From contig OZ241889.1 of NCBI GenBank assembly GCA_965203355.1, positions 3,968,001 through 4,032,000 of the forward strand: DNA of 64,000 nucleotides, written 5' to 3'. Position 1 is the stretch's first letter. Each line of letters opens with the position of its first letter. The notes below the pieces were generated by a model, which saw nothing but the letters and a program-made list of their open reading frames with translations, was not told the DNA's origin and searched no databases. The position numbers were made by a program, and so were the translations under genes. The DNA comes from Candidatus Latescibacterota bacterium. Its GTDB lineage: Bacteria > Latescibacterota > UBA2968 > UBA8231. Positions 9,450 through 19,339 of the stretch are shown one piece after another.

Positions 9450-9949
9450 GCGAGGCACGCGGTTATTCGTACGAGGATTTTCTGCTCGACCCGCAAAAGG
9501 TGCGCTTCAGTCGCTCCGAGCGCGGCAGTTTGCTCCTCAAGCTCGACGGCGAAGAATACACCAACCTCAAGATTCGCCGCGCCTTCCCATTAGAGGAGAC
9601 CGACCGCTACATCGGCGTCTTTGCCGCCGAGGACCAAGAACTCGGCATAATCGAAGACCCACAGCAGCTAGACGCCCAAAGCCGTCAGGTGCTCTTGGAC
9701 GAACTCGGCAAGATCTACTTTCAACCGCAGATTCTCGCCTTTGACAAACTCGACGAGGAGTTCGGGGTGCTGCGCGGCCAGATCGAAACCACCAGCGGCC
9801 CCCGCCAGCTCGAAATCCGCGGCTATCGCACTAATGTACGCATGCTCTCCGGTAGCCGGGCCATCATCGAGGATGTCGATGGCAACCGCTATCTGATCGC
9901 CAACTGGCGCACACTGCCGCGAAGAACCCGCGATATTTTAGGGCTTTAA
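9446..9949 (+). CDS. DUF1854 family protein
   Basis: RRAFPL, ELGIIED, YFQPQI, IEDVDGNRY; ATGA overlap with the ABC gene, the usual partner of this family. Confidence 0.8.
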   Translation: MSEARGYSYEDFLLDPQKVRFSRSERGSLLLKLDGEEYTNLKIRRAFPLEETDRYIGVFAAEDQELGIIEDPQQLDAQSRQVLLDELGKIYFQPQILAFDKLDEEFGVLRGQIETTSGPRQLEIRGYRTNVRMLSGSRAIIEDVDGNRYLIANWRTLPRRTRDILGL

Positions 9950-9955
9950 TGGTGG

Positions 9956-10524
9956 TTAGCCAGCGAAATACGCCCGCATCTTCTCCAGACCAATCCGGGC
10001 AACTTCCGCTGGATCCTGTTCCCACAGCCCCGGATTGAACAGTTCCAGCGACACAAATCCCTCGTATCCCTGCGCTTGCGCCAACCGCTCAATCGCGCGC
10101 AATGGCCCAACCCCATCCCCCGGCATCACCCGATCAGCATCGCTTTGTTCGGCAAAGGGCCTGTTGCCTGGGGCGTCGTTCCAGTGCCAGACCGCAACTT
10201 TGTCGCTGGGTACTTTGGCAATACTCGCAATGGGACCGCCACCGCCTGCGCCATTCGCCGCCGCACCTCCTCCAATGCCAGCACCCGCGCCGCGCCCTCA
10301 GCCCCCAACCAGCCGTGGAGTGCAATGACGGTCGGCACCGCCAGCCCGTAGTCGGCCAGTGCCTGACGCACCTCCGCGAGCGAACCGCCCTGCTGCTCGT
10401 GCGCCGTCAAGTCGTCGTTCCACAGTTCAATGCCCTCGTAGCCAGCCTGCCCGGCGATGCGGATTTTCTCCATCAGCGACGCTGGGCGAATTGTCGATGT
10501 GTTGAGCGCGTATTGCACTGTCAT
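9956..10524 (-). pseudogene. Sugar phosphate isomerase/epimerase (xylose isomerase-like TIM barrel) with internal deletion and frameshift
   Basis: N-half ALNTSTIRP..AGYEGIELW..RRRMAQAVAV in one frame; C-half GGPIASI..WHWNDAP..DRVMPGDG..GYEGFVSLELFN..LEKMRAYFAG* in another. Span is 569 nt (not a multiple of 3) and the central region is missing. Confidence 0.8.
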
Positions 10525-10545
10525 AGTACTTCCTTTCTCGTTGGG

Positions 10546-10770
10546 CTATCCATGGAAAAAATCATTTCCCTCTACCAATCCCACGCCCCACGATGCCACA
10601 GCCACCCAGAGAATCGGGTGATCGTGGCCGTCCACCACGTCGGCCAATCATCCGGTCCGAGCACGGGCTTTGCGCCGCACGGTGCCGCCGATTTTCTTGG
10701 GCGCAATATCGACAAACACATCGGGAACGCGGCCTTCGCACGCTAGGTGCCTGGCGAGTCGGCGAAACAC
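10546..10770 (-). pseudogene. Frameshifted remnant resembling the C-terminal domain of some family-2 glycosyltransferases
   Basis: Pieces across three frames read RRLARHL..VFVDIAPKKIGGTVRR / KPVLGPDDWPTWW / HPILWVAVASWG..GLVEGNDFF*. Recognised from memory of such C-termini. Confidence 0.45.
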
Positions 10771-10990
10771 CCTAAAGTGCCGATCGCGGCGGCGCCATTC
10801 CACCGCTCTCGTCGTCCGAACCATCGCGGCCACGACCGCAAAATCTTCGCAGCACTGCGCTTGGATGCTTTGCCGGTGTGGCGGCTGCATTGAACACGGG
10901 CGTTTTCACGGTCACGCGGGTTGCACTTTCATAGCCGTTAGGTATGAGAGCTTGACATTCTTTCGCTCCGTGCCCGATTTTAATTCCTAT

Positions 10991-11752
10991 ATGGTACATC
11001 TCAAATCACCCGCGGAAATCGACCGCATCCGCGCTAGTTGCCGCATCGCCGCCGAAGCCATGGTCCGCGTCGAAGAGGCCATCGCACCTGGGATCACCAC
11101 CCTCCATCTCGATCAAATAGCCGACCGCTACATCCGCAGCCAAGGAGCCGTCGCCAGTGCCTTGGGCTATCGCGGCTTTCCCAGCAGCATCTGCGTCTCG
11201 GTCAACGACGAAGTCGTCCACGGCATTCCCGGCGACCGCATCCTGCAAGAAGGGGACATCCTCGCCGTTGACATTGCCGTTAAAAAGGATGGCTTTCACG
11301 GCGACATGAACGTCACTATGAAAGTCGGCTGCGTAACTTCCAAGGCCCAGTGCCTGCTCGACACCACGCGCCAGAGCTTGGAGGAAGGGTTGGCCTTCTG
11401 CACACCTGGGCACCGCCTCGGCGACATTGGCCACGCCATCCAAAGCTATGTCGAAGCGCATGGCTTCTCCATCGTGCGCATGTATTGCGGCCACGGCATT
11501 GGCCGCAACTTCCACGAGGAACCCCAACTGCTCCACTACGGCAAGGCTGGCACGGGTCGCCGCCTGCAAAACGGCATGGTATTTACCATTGAGCCGATGG
11601 TCAACGAGGGCGCGCCCGACACGCTCGTACTCGACGACGACTGGACGGCCGTCACCGCCGACGGCAAGCTCTCGGCCCAATACGAACACACCGTGGCCGT
11701 CACCCACGACGGGCCAGACGTGCTGTCGCGCTTTGCCGATCTGCCGTACTGA
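10991..11752 (+). CDS. map: Methionine aminopeptidase type I
   Basis: LKSPAEI, CVSVNDEVVHGIP, GFHGD, GHGIG..FHEEP, FTIEPMVN, SAQYEHT. ATG 10991 chosen over the longer GTG frame. Confidence 0.95.
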   Translation: MVHLKSPAEIDRIRASCRIAAEAMVRVEEAIAPGITTLHLDQIADRYIRSQGAVASALGYRGFPSSICVSVNDEVVHGIPGDRILQEGDILAVDIAVKKDGFHGDMNVTMKVGCVTSKAQCLLDTTRQSLEEGLAFCTPGHRLGDIGHAIQSYVEAHGFSIVRMYCGHGIGRNFHEEPQLLHYGKAGTGRRLQNGMVFTIEPMVNEGAPDTLVLDDDWTAVTADGKLSAQYEHTVAVTHDGPDVLSRFADLPY

Positions 11753-11809
11753 ACTTGCTCGGCAGCGGCATTTTCTTATTTTCTAAATTCATTTCACGAG
11801 GAGAACAGC

Positions 11810-12103
11810 ATGGCAAGGCCCAAAAAAGTCCAATCCAACGGCGACGACGACAACGCTGAATTTCCGATTGATCCCGGTACGCAGATCGAGTTGGAAATGG
11901 AAGACACCTGCTGCGTCACTGGCGAGCGAGTCGAGTTCAGCTTTTGTCGCTTCCCCGATTACAAAAATGGCACGATGATGGTCATGTCCAAGAGCGAGAT
12001 GCTAGCGCACCTGAGTGCTGGCGACTCCATCAGCAAATTCAAAGAAGTGTTGGTCCAGCGCCACGGCGAGGAAGTCTTGGCGGAGCACTACTCCAACTAC
12101 TAA
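11810..12103 (+). CDS. Small hypothetical protein (97 aa)
   Basis: Strong RBS GAGGAG, host-like codon usage, followed by a strong terminator. No family recognised. Confidence 0.75.
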   Translation: MARPKKVQSNGDDDNAEFPIDPGTQIELEMEDTCCVTGERVEFSFCRFPDYKNGTMMVMSKSEMLAHLSAGDSISKFKEVLVQRHGEEVLAEHYSNY

Positions 12104-12125
12104 AACAACGACGAATTACCTACAT

Positions 12126-12168
12126 GCAAAAGAAGGGATGGTCCGCATGGGACCATCCCTTCTTTTGC
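12126..12168. terminator. Bidirectional intrinsic terminator
   Basis: GCAAAAGAAGGGATGGTCC-gcatg-GGACCATCCCTTCTTTTGC, a 19-bp perfect stem between convergent genes. Confidence 0.9.
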
Positions 12169-12183
12169 TCTATGCCGACGTCC

Positions 12184-12741
12184 TTAGGAGCGCGCCAACA
12201 AGGTTTCGATATCCTCGCTGAATACCCCACGGGGATTGAGTTGGCCGCTTTTGTCGCGCGGCACACCTATGTGCTTCTTGTACACGCGGCCTTGGCGATC
12301 AAAAATAAAGGTGAGCGGTACGCTTACCTGCCCTAAATTTCCTTTGTAAAAGGCGCGGAGTAACTCGTATTGACCATCGTGAACCACCGGGTAGTTGATG
12401 GCCAAACGCTCGACGAACTCGCCTATTAGAGGTAAGACGCGCTCGGGGGGGCCTAGATCTATGGAAACGCCAATGATCGCCACCTGTTCGGGATCGTACT
12501 CAGTCCTCATCTCGACTAAGGCTGGGATCTCGTAGCGACACGGGCCGCACCAAGTCGCCCAGAAGTTGACCAAGACCACCTTGCCCTCGTAATCGCGCAA
12601 ATCCACGTTCTGGCCCTGATAGTCGTTCCACTTAGCAGCCTGCGGGGGAAATAGCTTGTCCGCTTGTGGCTCGGAGGAGCCACAGCCCAACATTAGAAGT
12701 GCCAACCCACTCACCAGCCCTTTGATCGCCATTGCACACAT
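12184..12741 (-). CDS. TlpA/ResA-like thiol-disulfide oxidoreductase, probable lipoprotein
   Basis: GKVVLVNFWATWCGPCRYEIP, cis-Pro VPLTFIFD, lipobox LMLGC. True start may be 12732. Confidence 0.9.
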   Translation of the reverse strand: MCAMAIKGLVSGLALLMLGCGSSEPQADKLFPPQAAKWNDYQGQNVDLRDYEGKVVLVNFWATWCGPCRYEIPALVEMRTEYDPEQVAIIGVSIDLGPPERVLPLIGEFVERLAINYPVVHDGQYELLRAFYKGNLGQVSVPLTFIFDRQGRVYKKHIGVPRDKSGQLNPRGVFSEDIETLLARS

Positions 12742-12755
12742 GGTACGTCCTGTGT

Positions 12756-15700
12756 TTAGCTGGGCTGGTGTAAGCCTACGGGTACTTGCATTTTGGGATC
12801 CAGCCGAGTGGACCGGGGACCGATCAGTTCCTCAATGCCGCGCAGCAAATCGTCGCAGGGATCGACGCGAATGGTCTTTGAGCGCACCACTTTGTCCTGC
12901 TCGCCGCCGTTTTGGAGCCGGAGCCACAACTCGCAATCGCCCGTGTGGCGCTCGCACAGGTGGCGCAGCCGGCTGAGAAGGGGGTCGCCTACTTTCTGGT
13001 AGGGCAGCGACAAGGTAACGGCCTTAGTCAACTCCGCCCGCGCCGATTCAAGGGGCAGCGCGCGATCGGCCTGTAAACTCAGGCGTCCGTTGCGCTCGCA
13101 AACGCGCCCCTCTACGAGGATGGTTTCGCCTTCCACGAGTAGCTGTTGGCAGTGGGCGAAGGTGTCGCCGAAAAACGCGATATCGCCCGTGCTATTGAGG
13201 TCTTTGAGCGTGACAAAGGCATAGGGATTGCCGCGGCGGTCAAAGAGCTTGCGCACCTCCTCGACTAGGCCACCGACCCGCAGCGGCATACCGTTGCGCT
13301 GCCCATCTATCTCGCTTAGAGGCCGTGCGAGGTTTCCGAGATCGCGGGCGTAGCGCTCGAGCGGATGGCCGGAGATATAAAGACCCAATAGGTCGCGTTC
13401 CTTGGCCAGCTTTTCGCGCTCAGACCACTCCTCGACCTCGGGTAGGTCCTGTACTACTAGCTCGGACGAGCCGCCGCCGAAGAGGCTGATTTGCCCCTTT
13501 TCGTGGTTTTCTTGGGCCTTGTTTGCGGCCTTTAACGCCAGATCTAGTGCCTCCATTTTCTGTGCGCGATGGCCTTCAAGGCTCTCCAACGCGCCGGCAG
13601 CAATCAGACTCTCGATCACGCGCCGGTTGACCGCACGCAAGTCGATGCGCTCGCAGAATTCGAAGAGCGTGGTAAACGGCCCGTCTGCAATCCGCGTATC
13701 TACTATGCCCTGTACTGCGATCTCGCCGACGTTCTTGATCGCCGCCAAACCGTAGCGAATGCCCTCGTCCGTCGGTGTGAAATTGAGCGTACTCTGGTTG
13801 ACATCAGGCGGCAGGACCCGGATGCCCATGCGGTGGCAGTCGTCGAGCAAGACGGTCAGTCGGTCCGTATCTTTGCGCTCAATGGTCAGGCTAGCGGCCA
13901 TGTACTCTTGGGGATAATGAGCCTTGAGGTACGCGTTTTTGTACGCACCCTCGGCATAACAGGCTGCGTGCGACTTGTTGAAAGCGTAGCCAGCAAAAAT
14001 CTCGATCTCGCCGAACAGCTTGTTGGCCAACGATTTTTCCACCTCGTTTGCGACGCAGCCAACGACGAAGTCCTTTTTGACCTTGGCCATTTCCTCGGGC
14101 TTTTTCTTGCCCATCGCCTTGCGCAAAATATCGGCTTGGCCGAGGGTGAAACCGGCCAACTCTTGGGCGATGCGCATAACCTGCTCTTGATAGACCATGA
14201 TCCCATAGGTCGGCTCCAAAATCGACTCCAACTTGGGGTGGTCGTAAGCGACGGCTTCATCGCCGCGCTTGCGGGCGATGAAGGTCGGGATATTGTCCAT
14301 CGGCCCCGGGCGATAGAGGGCGTTCATGGCGATAATGTCTTCGATCGTGTCCGGCTTGAGCTTGCTCAGGTATTCGCGCATTCCCGTGGACTCAAACTGG
14401 AAAACGCCAATCGTCTCGCCGCGACCAAACAGATCGAAAGTGGCTCGGTCGTCCCACGGGATGGTTTCCAAATTAAAGTCCGGCTCCTTGAGCCGAATCA
14501 AGCGCACGGCCTCATCAACCAGCGACAACTCCTTTAAGCCCAAAATGTCCATCTTCAGCAAGCCGATGTCCATGCAGGTCTCGCCGACGAACTGGGTGGT
14601 TATAGTCCCGTCTTTCGGGGCGCGATAGAGCGGCACGTAATCGGTCAATTCTCCAGGAGCGATGATGACCGCGCAGGCGTGGACCGAGGCGTGACGCGCC
14701 ATGCCCTCCAGCTTGCGGGCGTATTCGACCAATTTGCCTTCGTTGCCGGGTGCTTGGACTAGCTGCTGTAGCTCGGGCACCCGCTCGATAGCCTTGTCGA
14801 GGGTAATTTTCAGTTCGGTCGGCACCTGTTTGGCGATGCGATCCACCTCGCCAAAGGGCATGCCTAAAACCCGTCCGACATCGCGCACCACCGCTTTAGC
14901 TCCCATAGTCCCAAACGTGATGACTCGCGATACGTTGTCCTTGCCGTACTTATCCACCACATAGCGCAGCACCTCGTCGCGCCGGGTGTCGTCGAAGTCA
15001 ATGTCAATATCGGGTGGCTCAATGCGTTCGGGATTGAGGAAGCGCTCGAAGATCAGGTCGTACTTGATGGGATCCACATTGGTAATGCCGAGGCAATACG
15101 AGGCCAAGCAGCCAGCGGCCGAGCCGCGCCCCGGCCCCACGGAAATGCCCTGATTACGAGCGTAGTTGACAAGGTCCCAGACGATGAGGAAATAGCCGGA
15201 AAAATCCTGGCTGGTGATGACGCTTAGCTCGTAGTCGAGCCGCTCCTGCACGACCGGGTCGACAGTGCCGTAGCGCCGCTCCAAACCCTCCTGCGCCAGT
15301 TGCGTCAGATAGTCGTCGCTGGAAGCATAGCCAGTAGGGATCGGAAAATCCGGCATATAGGTTTTTCCGAACTCAAGCTCGACGTTGCATTTGCCGGCAA
15401 TTTCGAGAGTGCGCTCCAGCGCGTCGGGCAAATCCGCAAACAGCGTCCGCATATCTTCGGCACTCTTCATGTAGAGTCCGTCGGGATAGCACAGGCGATT
15501 TTTCTCGTCAACCGTCTTGTTGGTCTGGATGCAGATCAGGGCATCGTGGGCATCGTGGTCGGAGGCACGCAGGAAGTGGAAGTCATTGGTGGCCACCAGT
15601 GGCACACCCAGCTTGCGATGCAGCTTGAGCAAGCCGTCGTTTACCTTGGCTTCGGGGTCGATGTCGTGGCGCTGGATCTCCAAGTAGTAGTCGTCGCCAA

Positions 15701-16208
15701 AAATGTCCATAAACTCTCGGGCGACCTTTTCGGCTGCGGCTAGCCCCTCGCGCTGGATCAGGTGCGGAATCTCGCCGCCGATGCAGGCCGACATGCAAAC
15801 CAAGCCCTCGGCGTGTTGGCGCAACAGTTCCTTGTCGATGCGAGGATTGTAGTAGTAGCCTTCGAGATAGCCCCTAGAGACGAGCTTGGTCAGATTGCGG
15901 TAGCCAGTGGCGTCTTTGGCCAGCAATATGAGGTGGTTGGAGGCGTGAGTTAGGCCGCGAGCGGGCTGGCGCAAATGACGGCTATCAATCGCTACGTAAA
16001 CTTCGCAGCCGATAATGGGCTTAATGCCAGCATCTTGGCAAGCCCTGTAGTGCTCGATGACGCCAAAGAGATTGCCGTGATCTGTAAGGGCTAAGGCCGG
16101 CATACCCTGCTCGGCCGCTAACTCGGCCATCTCGCCGACCCGACATCCTCCATCAAGCAGGCTGTATTCGCTGTGACCGTGTAAATGGACGAAATCAGCC
16201 GAAGCCAT
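12756..16208 (-). CDS. dnaE: DNA polymerase III alpha subunit
   Basis: FVHLHGHSEYSLLDG (PHP), GPGRGSAAG, PDIDIDF, LKMDILGL, YAFNKSHA; no intein. Confidence 0.98.
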   Translation of the reverse strand: MASADFVHLHGHSEYSLLDGGCRVGEMAELAAEQGMPALALTDHGNLFGVIEHYRACQDAGIKPIIGCEVYVAIDSRHLRQPARGLTHASNHLILLAKDATGYRNLTKLVSRGYLEGYYYNPRIDKELLRQHAEGLVCMSACIGGEIPHLIQREGLAAAEKVAREFMDIFGDDYYLEIQRHDIDPEAKVNDGLLKLHRKLGVPLVATNDFHFLRASDHDAHDALICIQTNKTVDEKNRLCYPDGLYMKSAEDMRTLFADLPDALERTLEIAGKCNVELEFGKTYMPDFPIPTGYASSDDYLTQLAQEGLERRYGTVDPVVQERLDYELSVITSQDFSGYFLIVWDLVNYARNQGISVGPGRGSAAGCLASYCLGITNVDPIKYDLIFERFLNPERIEPPDIDIDFDDTRRDEVLRYVVDKYGKDNVSRVITFGTMGAKAVVRDVGRVLGMPFGEVDRIAKQVPTELKITLDKAIERVPELQQLVQAPGNEGKLVEYARKLEGMARHASVHACAVIIAPGELTDYVPLYRAPKDGTITTQFVGETCMDIGLLKMDILGLKELSLVDEAVRLIRLKEPDFNLETIPWDDRATFDLFGRGETIGVFQFESTGMREYLSKLKPDTIEDIIAMNALYRPGPMDNIPTFIARKRGDEAVAYDHPKLESILEPTYGIMVYQEQVMRIAQELAGFTLGQADILRKAMGKKKPEEMAKVKKDFVVGCVANEVEKSLANKLFGEIEIFAGYAFNKSHAACYAEGAYKNAYLKAHYPQEYMAASLTIERKDTDRLTVLLDDCHRMGIRVLPPDVNQSTLNFTPTDEGIRYGLAAIKNVGEIAVQGIVDTRIADGPFTTLFEFCERIDLRAVNRRVIESLIAAGALESLEGHRAQKMEALDLALKAANKAQENHEKGQISLFGGGSSELVVQDLPEVEEWSEREKLAKERDLLGLYISGHPLERYARDLGNLARPLSEIDGQRNGMPLRVGGLVEEVRKLFDRRGNPYAFVTLKDLNSTGDIAFFGDTFAHCQQLLVEGETILVEGRVCERNGRLSLQADRALPLESARAELTKAVTLSLPYQKVGDPLLSRLRHLCERHTGDCELWLRLQNGGEQDKVVRSKTIRVDPCDDLLRGIEELIGPRSTRLDPKMQVPVGLHQPS

Positions 16209-16310
16209 GACTACCTCCGCTACCTGTATGCGCTAGAAAAAATCTCTGGATTTAGAGAGCAAGGCCGAACAACGGGCCCAACTGCCTGGGGAAGGCATCG
16301 CCTTAGGGCA

Positions 16311-16339
16311 AGCATAGCCAATCCAAAAGGGACTGTCAA
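16311..16339 (-). promoter_or_regulatory. Sigma70-type promoter upstream of dnaE
   Basis: TTGACA-17 nt-TATGCT on the minus strand, about 100 nt upstream of the dnaE ATG. Confidence 0.6.
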
Positions 16340-16501
16340 CGGACCACAGAGGAGATGATTTTTTATAACATGTTATTTTATTTATGAAAAGAGAAATTTA
16401 TTGTATCCCCTTGGCAAAATAGACTGTACCCACCTGCGCCGCGAACTTGTCGCTGGAAACAGATGGGGCTATCTTTAAGTTGTTGCCGAGGAGCTAATCT
16501 G

Positions 16502-16750
16502 ATGATTGACAAAGAACTGTTGGCGATTCTCGCCTGCCCCGAGACCAAAGAGCCGGTCGCGCTCGCCGAGGAAGAACTCATCGCCGCGCTCAACAGCCGC
16601 ATTGCGCGTGGAGAGGTCAAGAATCGAGCCGGCAAAACCGTAGAAGGCAAGATCGACGGCGGCCTAGTGCGCGCAGATGGCGCGTACCTGTATCCGATCC
16701 AAGACGAAATCCCCATCCTGCTTCTCGACGAAGCCATCCCACTCCGCTAG
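16502..16750 (+). CDS. Trm112-like (YcaR-related) protein
   Basis: MIDKELLAILACPETKEP...YPIQDEIPILLLDEAI; GAGGAG RBS. Confidence 0.88.
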   Translation: MIDKELLAILACPETKEPVALAEEELIAALNSRIARGEVKNRAGKTVEGKIDGGLVRADGAYLYPIQDEIPILLLDEAIPLR

Positions 16751-16762
16751 CGCCCGCACAAA

Positions 16763-16792
16763 AAAGGGACTGTGCGCTTATACAGTCCCTTT
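16763..16792. terminator. Bidirectional intrinsic terminator
   Basis: AAAGGGACTGT-8 nt-ACAGTCCCTTT between the trm112-like gene and convergent tRNA-Leu. Confidence 0.8.
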
Positions 16793-16806
16793 GTCAACGT
16801 ACATTA

Positions 16807-16891
16807 TGGTGCCGAAGCGGGGATTCGAACCCCGACGCCGTAAGGCACTGCCCCCTCAAGACAGCGTGTCTACCAATTCCACCACTTCGGC
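16807..16891 (-). tRNA. tRNA-Leu(GAG)
   Basis: GCCGAAGTGGTGGAATTGGTAGACACG CTGTC TTGAGGG GGCAG, long variable arm, GGTTCGAATCC, encoded CCA; canonical position after secG. Confidence 0.96.
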
Positions 16892-16909
16892 AAAAACCAG
16901 TTTGGCCTG

Positions 16910-17299
16910 CTACTGAGCCTCGACCGGTGGCTCCTCAGCAGTCGAGGATTCAGCCGGCTTTTCTTCCTCGCCCAGCAGGTGCTCTGCTTCCGGGATGGCA
17001 GGCACCGCTGGCACCTGTTGCTCGGCCATCGTCCGTTGCGTCGCCGTCGTCGGAGTGGTCTCGGCCGTCTGAAAGGCCACCGACTGCACCAAACAGCTCA
17101 GCATAAAAGCCGTGGCCAAAACGGTCGTGGCTTTGGTCAGAAACGTGGCTGCGGTACGGCCGCCCAACACGGAGGAAGAGGCTAGTCCGCCACCGATCGA
17201 TCCGGCCAAGCCGCCCCCCTTGCCCGCCTGCAAGAGCACGGTCACGACTAGGAGTACGCAAATCAGCACGTGAAAAATCGCAAATAGAATCTCAAGCAT
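16910..17299 (-). CDS. secG: Preprotein translocase subunit SecG
   Basis: VLLQAGKGGGLAGSIGGG, FLTKAT, two TM segments; tpiA-secG-tRNA-Leu synteny. Confidence 0.93.
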   Translation of the reverse strand: MLEILFAIFHVLICVLLVVTVLLQAGKGGGLAGSIGGGLASSSVLGGRTAATFLTKATTVLATAFMLSCLVQSVAFQTAETTPTTATQRTMAEQQVPAVPAIPEAEHLLGEEEKPAESSTAEEPPVEAQ

Positions 17300-17375
17300 A
17301 ATTTTGTGATAGCTTCCAAGTTTTGGTAATTGAGAATTACCTCCACCCCAATTCCCAATTAAGACAAATTTAAGG

Positions 17376-18128
17376 TTAAAGGGCGGCCTTCACAATAGCG
17401 GCAAACTGCCCGGCGTCCAACGCGGCACCGCCGATCAAGCCTCCATCGATGTTGGCTTGAGCAAAAAGTTCGGCAGCGTTTTCGGGTTTGACGCTGCCGC
17501 CGTACTGGATGCACACCTCAGCGGCGGCGGCTTTGCCCAAGTGCCCCGCGAGGAAATGGCGGATCATGGCATGGACTTCTTCGGCTTGCGCGGCCGTCGC
17601 GGTCACGCCGGTGCCAATCGCCCAAACCGGCTCGTACGCCCATAATACCGCACGCGCTGCACCCGCCGCAATTCCGGCTATGGCACCGCTCACTTGGCCG
17701 AGGACGACCTCCTCAATTCGGCCAGCTTCGCGCTCTTGCAGAGTCTCGCCGACGCAGACGATCGGGCACAGGCCGGTTTGGAGGGCGCAAGCTAGCTTGC
17801 GGTTGACTAGCGAGTCGTCCTCGCCGCAAAACTGTCTTCGCTCGGAATGCCCCAGCAACACGTAAGAGCAACCAGCCGCCAAGAGCATGGCGGCGGATAT
17901 TTCTCCGGTGAAAGCTCCCTGCCGCTCCCAGTGCATGTTCTGGGCTCCTAACCCAATGGGGCTATCGGCAAGGGCCGCGCACGCGGTTTCCAAGCAGGTG
18001 AACGGCGGGCAGACGACGACTTCCACGTCGAGTCCCGCAACGAGCGGCTTGATCGCTTCGACCCACTCGACGGCCTCAGCAGCCGTCTTGTGCATCTTCC
18101 AGTTGCCAGCGACAATGGGGCGGCGCAT
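17376..18128 (-). CDS. tpiA: Triosephosphate isomerase
   Basis: [35 protein letters not shown]. Confidence 0.97.
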   Translation of the reverse strand: MRRPIVAGNWKMHKTAAEAVEWVEAIKPLVAGLDVEVVVCPPFTCLETACAALADSPIGLGAQNMHWERQGAFTGEISAAMLLAAGCSYVLLGHSERRQFCGEDDSLVNRKLACALQTGLCPIVCVGETLQEREAGRIEEVVLGQVSGAIAGIAAGAARAVLWAYEPVWAIGTGVTATAAQAEEVHAMIRHFLAGHLGKAAAAEVCIQYGGSVKPENAAELFAQANIDGGLIGGAALDAGQFAAIVKAAL

Positions 18129-18129
18129 C

Positions 18130-19335
18130 TTAGTTTTCCTCGTCGTCCAAGGCCGCCACCCCGGGCAAGACCCGCCCGCTCATGCACGCTAGCGACGCCC
18201 CGCCCCCAGTGGAAATATGAGTCATCGCTTGGGCCAATCCGGCTTGAGCTACAGCCGCGGCCGTGTCCCCACCGCCAATAATGCTCACGGCACCCCCGCT
18301 AGTAGCCGCCGCTAGGGCTTGGGCAACCTGTTGGGTCCCTTGGGCAAAGGAGGCCATCTCGCACACTCCGAGGGGACCGTTCCACACGATGGTCCCGCCC
18401 CGGGCGATCTGGTCGGCGTAGCACTGCCGGGTCTGGGGGCCGATGTCCATGCCTTGCCAACCGAGAGGGATGGCGTCGCGGGCGACTACTTGCGCTTGGG
18501 CAGCGGCGGCAAAGTGGTCGGCGACTACGCAATCTGCGGGAAGTTGGAGATCCAATCCCCCGGTTTCGACGCGGGTCAATAGCCGCCGAGCCGTGTCTAG
18601 ACAATCTTCTTCGAGCAGCGAATCCCCGATCGCTAGCCCCATGGCCTTGAAAAAGGTATAGGCCATGCCGCCGCCGATGAGCAGGGCGTCCACTCGGTCG
18701 AGTAAGTGCTCGATCAGTTCGATTTTGCCCGAAATTTTGGCCCCGCCCAAAATGGCAGTAAATGGCCGCTGCGGGCGGCGCAGGGCCTCGTCGAGATAGG
18801 AAATTTCCCGCTCCATCAACAGGCCGCTGACCCCCGCGCCCATACAGCGCGGCACTCCCTCGGTTGAAGCGTGCGCCCGGTGCGCCGCCCCAAAGGCATC
18901 GTTGACGTACGCATCGCCTAGCCCGGCCAACTGCTGGGCAAAAGTATGCTCGTTTTGCTCTTCTTCCCTATGGAAGCGCACGTTCTCTAAGAGCAGAACC
19001 TGCCCCGGCTGCAAGGCAGCAGCTTGGGCTGCGACCTCGGCACCCACGCAGTCTGGAGCCATGCCCACCACACGGCCCAACAACCGGCTCAGGTATTCGG
19101 CTACTGGAGCCAGCGACAGCGCGGGTACTCGCTGGCCGCGGGGGCGCCCCAAGTGCGACATCAGAATGACGGACGCACCCTGCGCCAACAAGTGCTCGAT
19201 CGTTGGCAGCGCGGCGCGAACCCGCGTGTCATCGACGATCTGGCCGGACTCGTCGTCGAGCGGCACGTTGAAATCCACTCGCACGAGGACCCGCTTGCCA
19301 GCTGCATCGAGGTCCCTGACGGTGCGCTTAGCCAT
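18130..19335 (-). CDS. pgk: Phosphoglycerate kinase
   Basis: [46 protein letters not shown]. Confidence 0.97.
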   Translation of the reverse strand: MAKRTVRDLDAAGKRVLVRVDFNVPLDDESGQIVDDTRVRAALPTIEHLLAQGASVILMSHLGRPRGQRVPALSLAPVAEYLSRLLGRVVGMAPDCVGAEVAAQAAALQPGQVLLLENVRFHREEEQNEHTFAQQLAGLGDAYVNDAFGAAHRAHASTEGVPRCMGAGVSGLLMEREISYLDEALRRPQRPFTAILGGAKISGKIELIEHLLDRVDALLIGGGMAYTFFKAMGLAIGDSLLEEDCLDTARRLLTRVETGGLDLQLPADCVVADHFAAAAQAQVVARDAIPLGWQGMDIGPQTRQCYADQIARGGTIVWNGPLGVCEMASFAQGTQQVAQALAAATSGGAVSIIGGGDTAAAVAQAGLAQAMTHISTGGGASLACMSGRVLPGVAALDDEEN

Positions 19336-19339
19336 GCTA

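Noticed and set aside
10670-10990. 107-aa extension on methionine aminopeptidase
   Set aside because: Not protein-like, overlaps the opposite-strand remnant, and Map homology starts at 10991.
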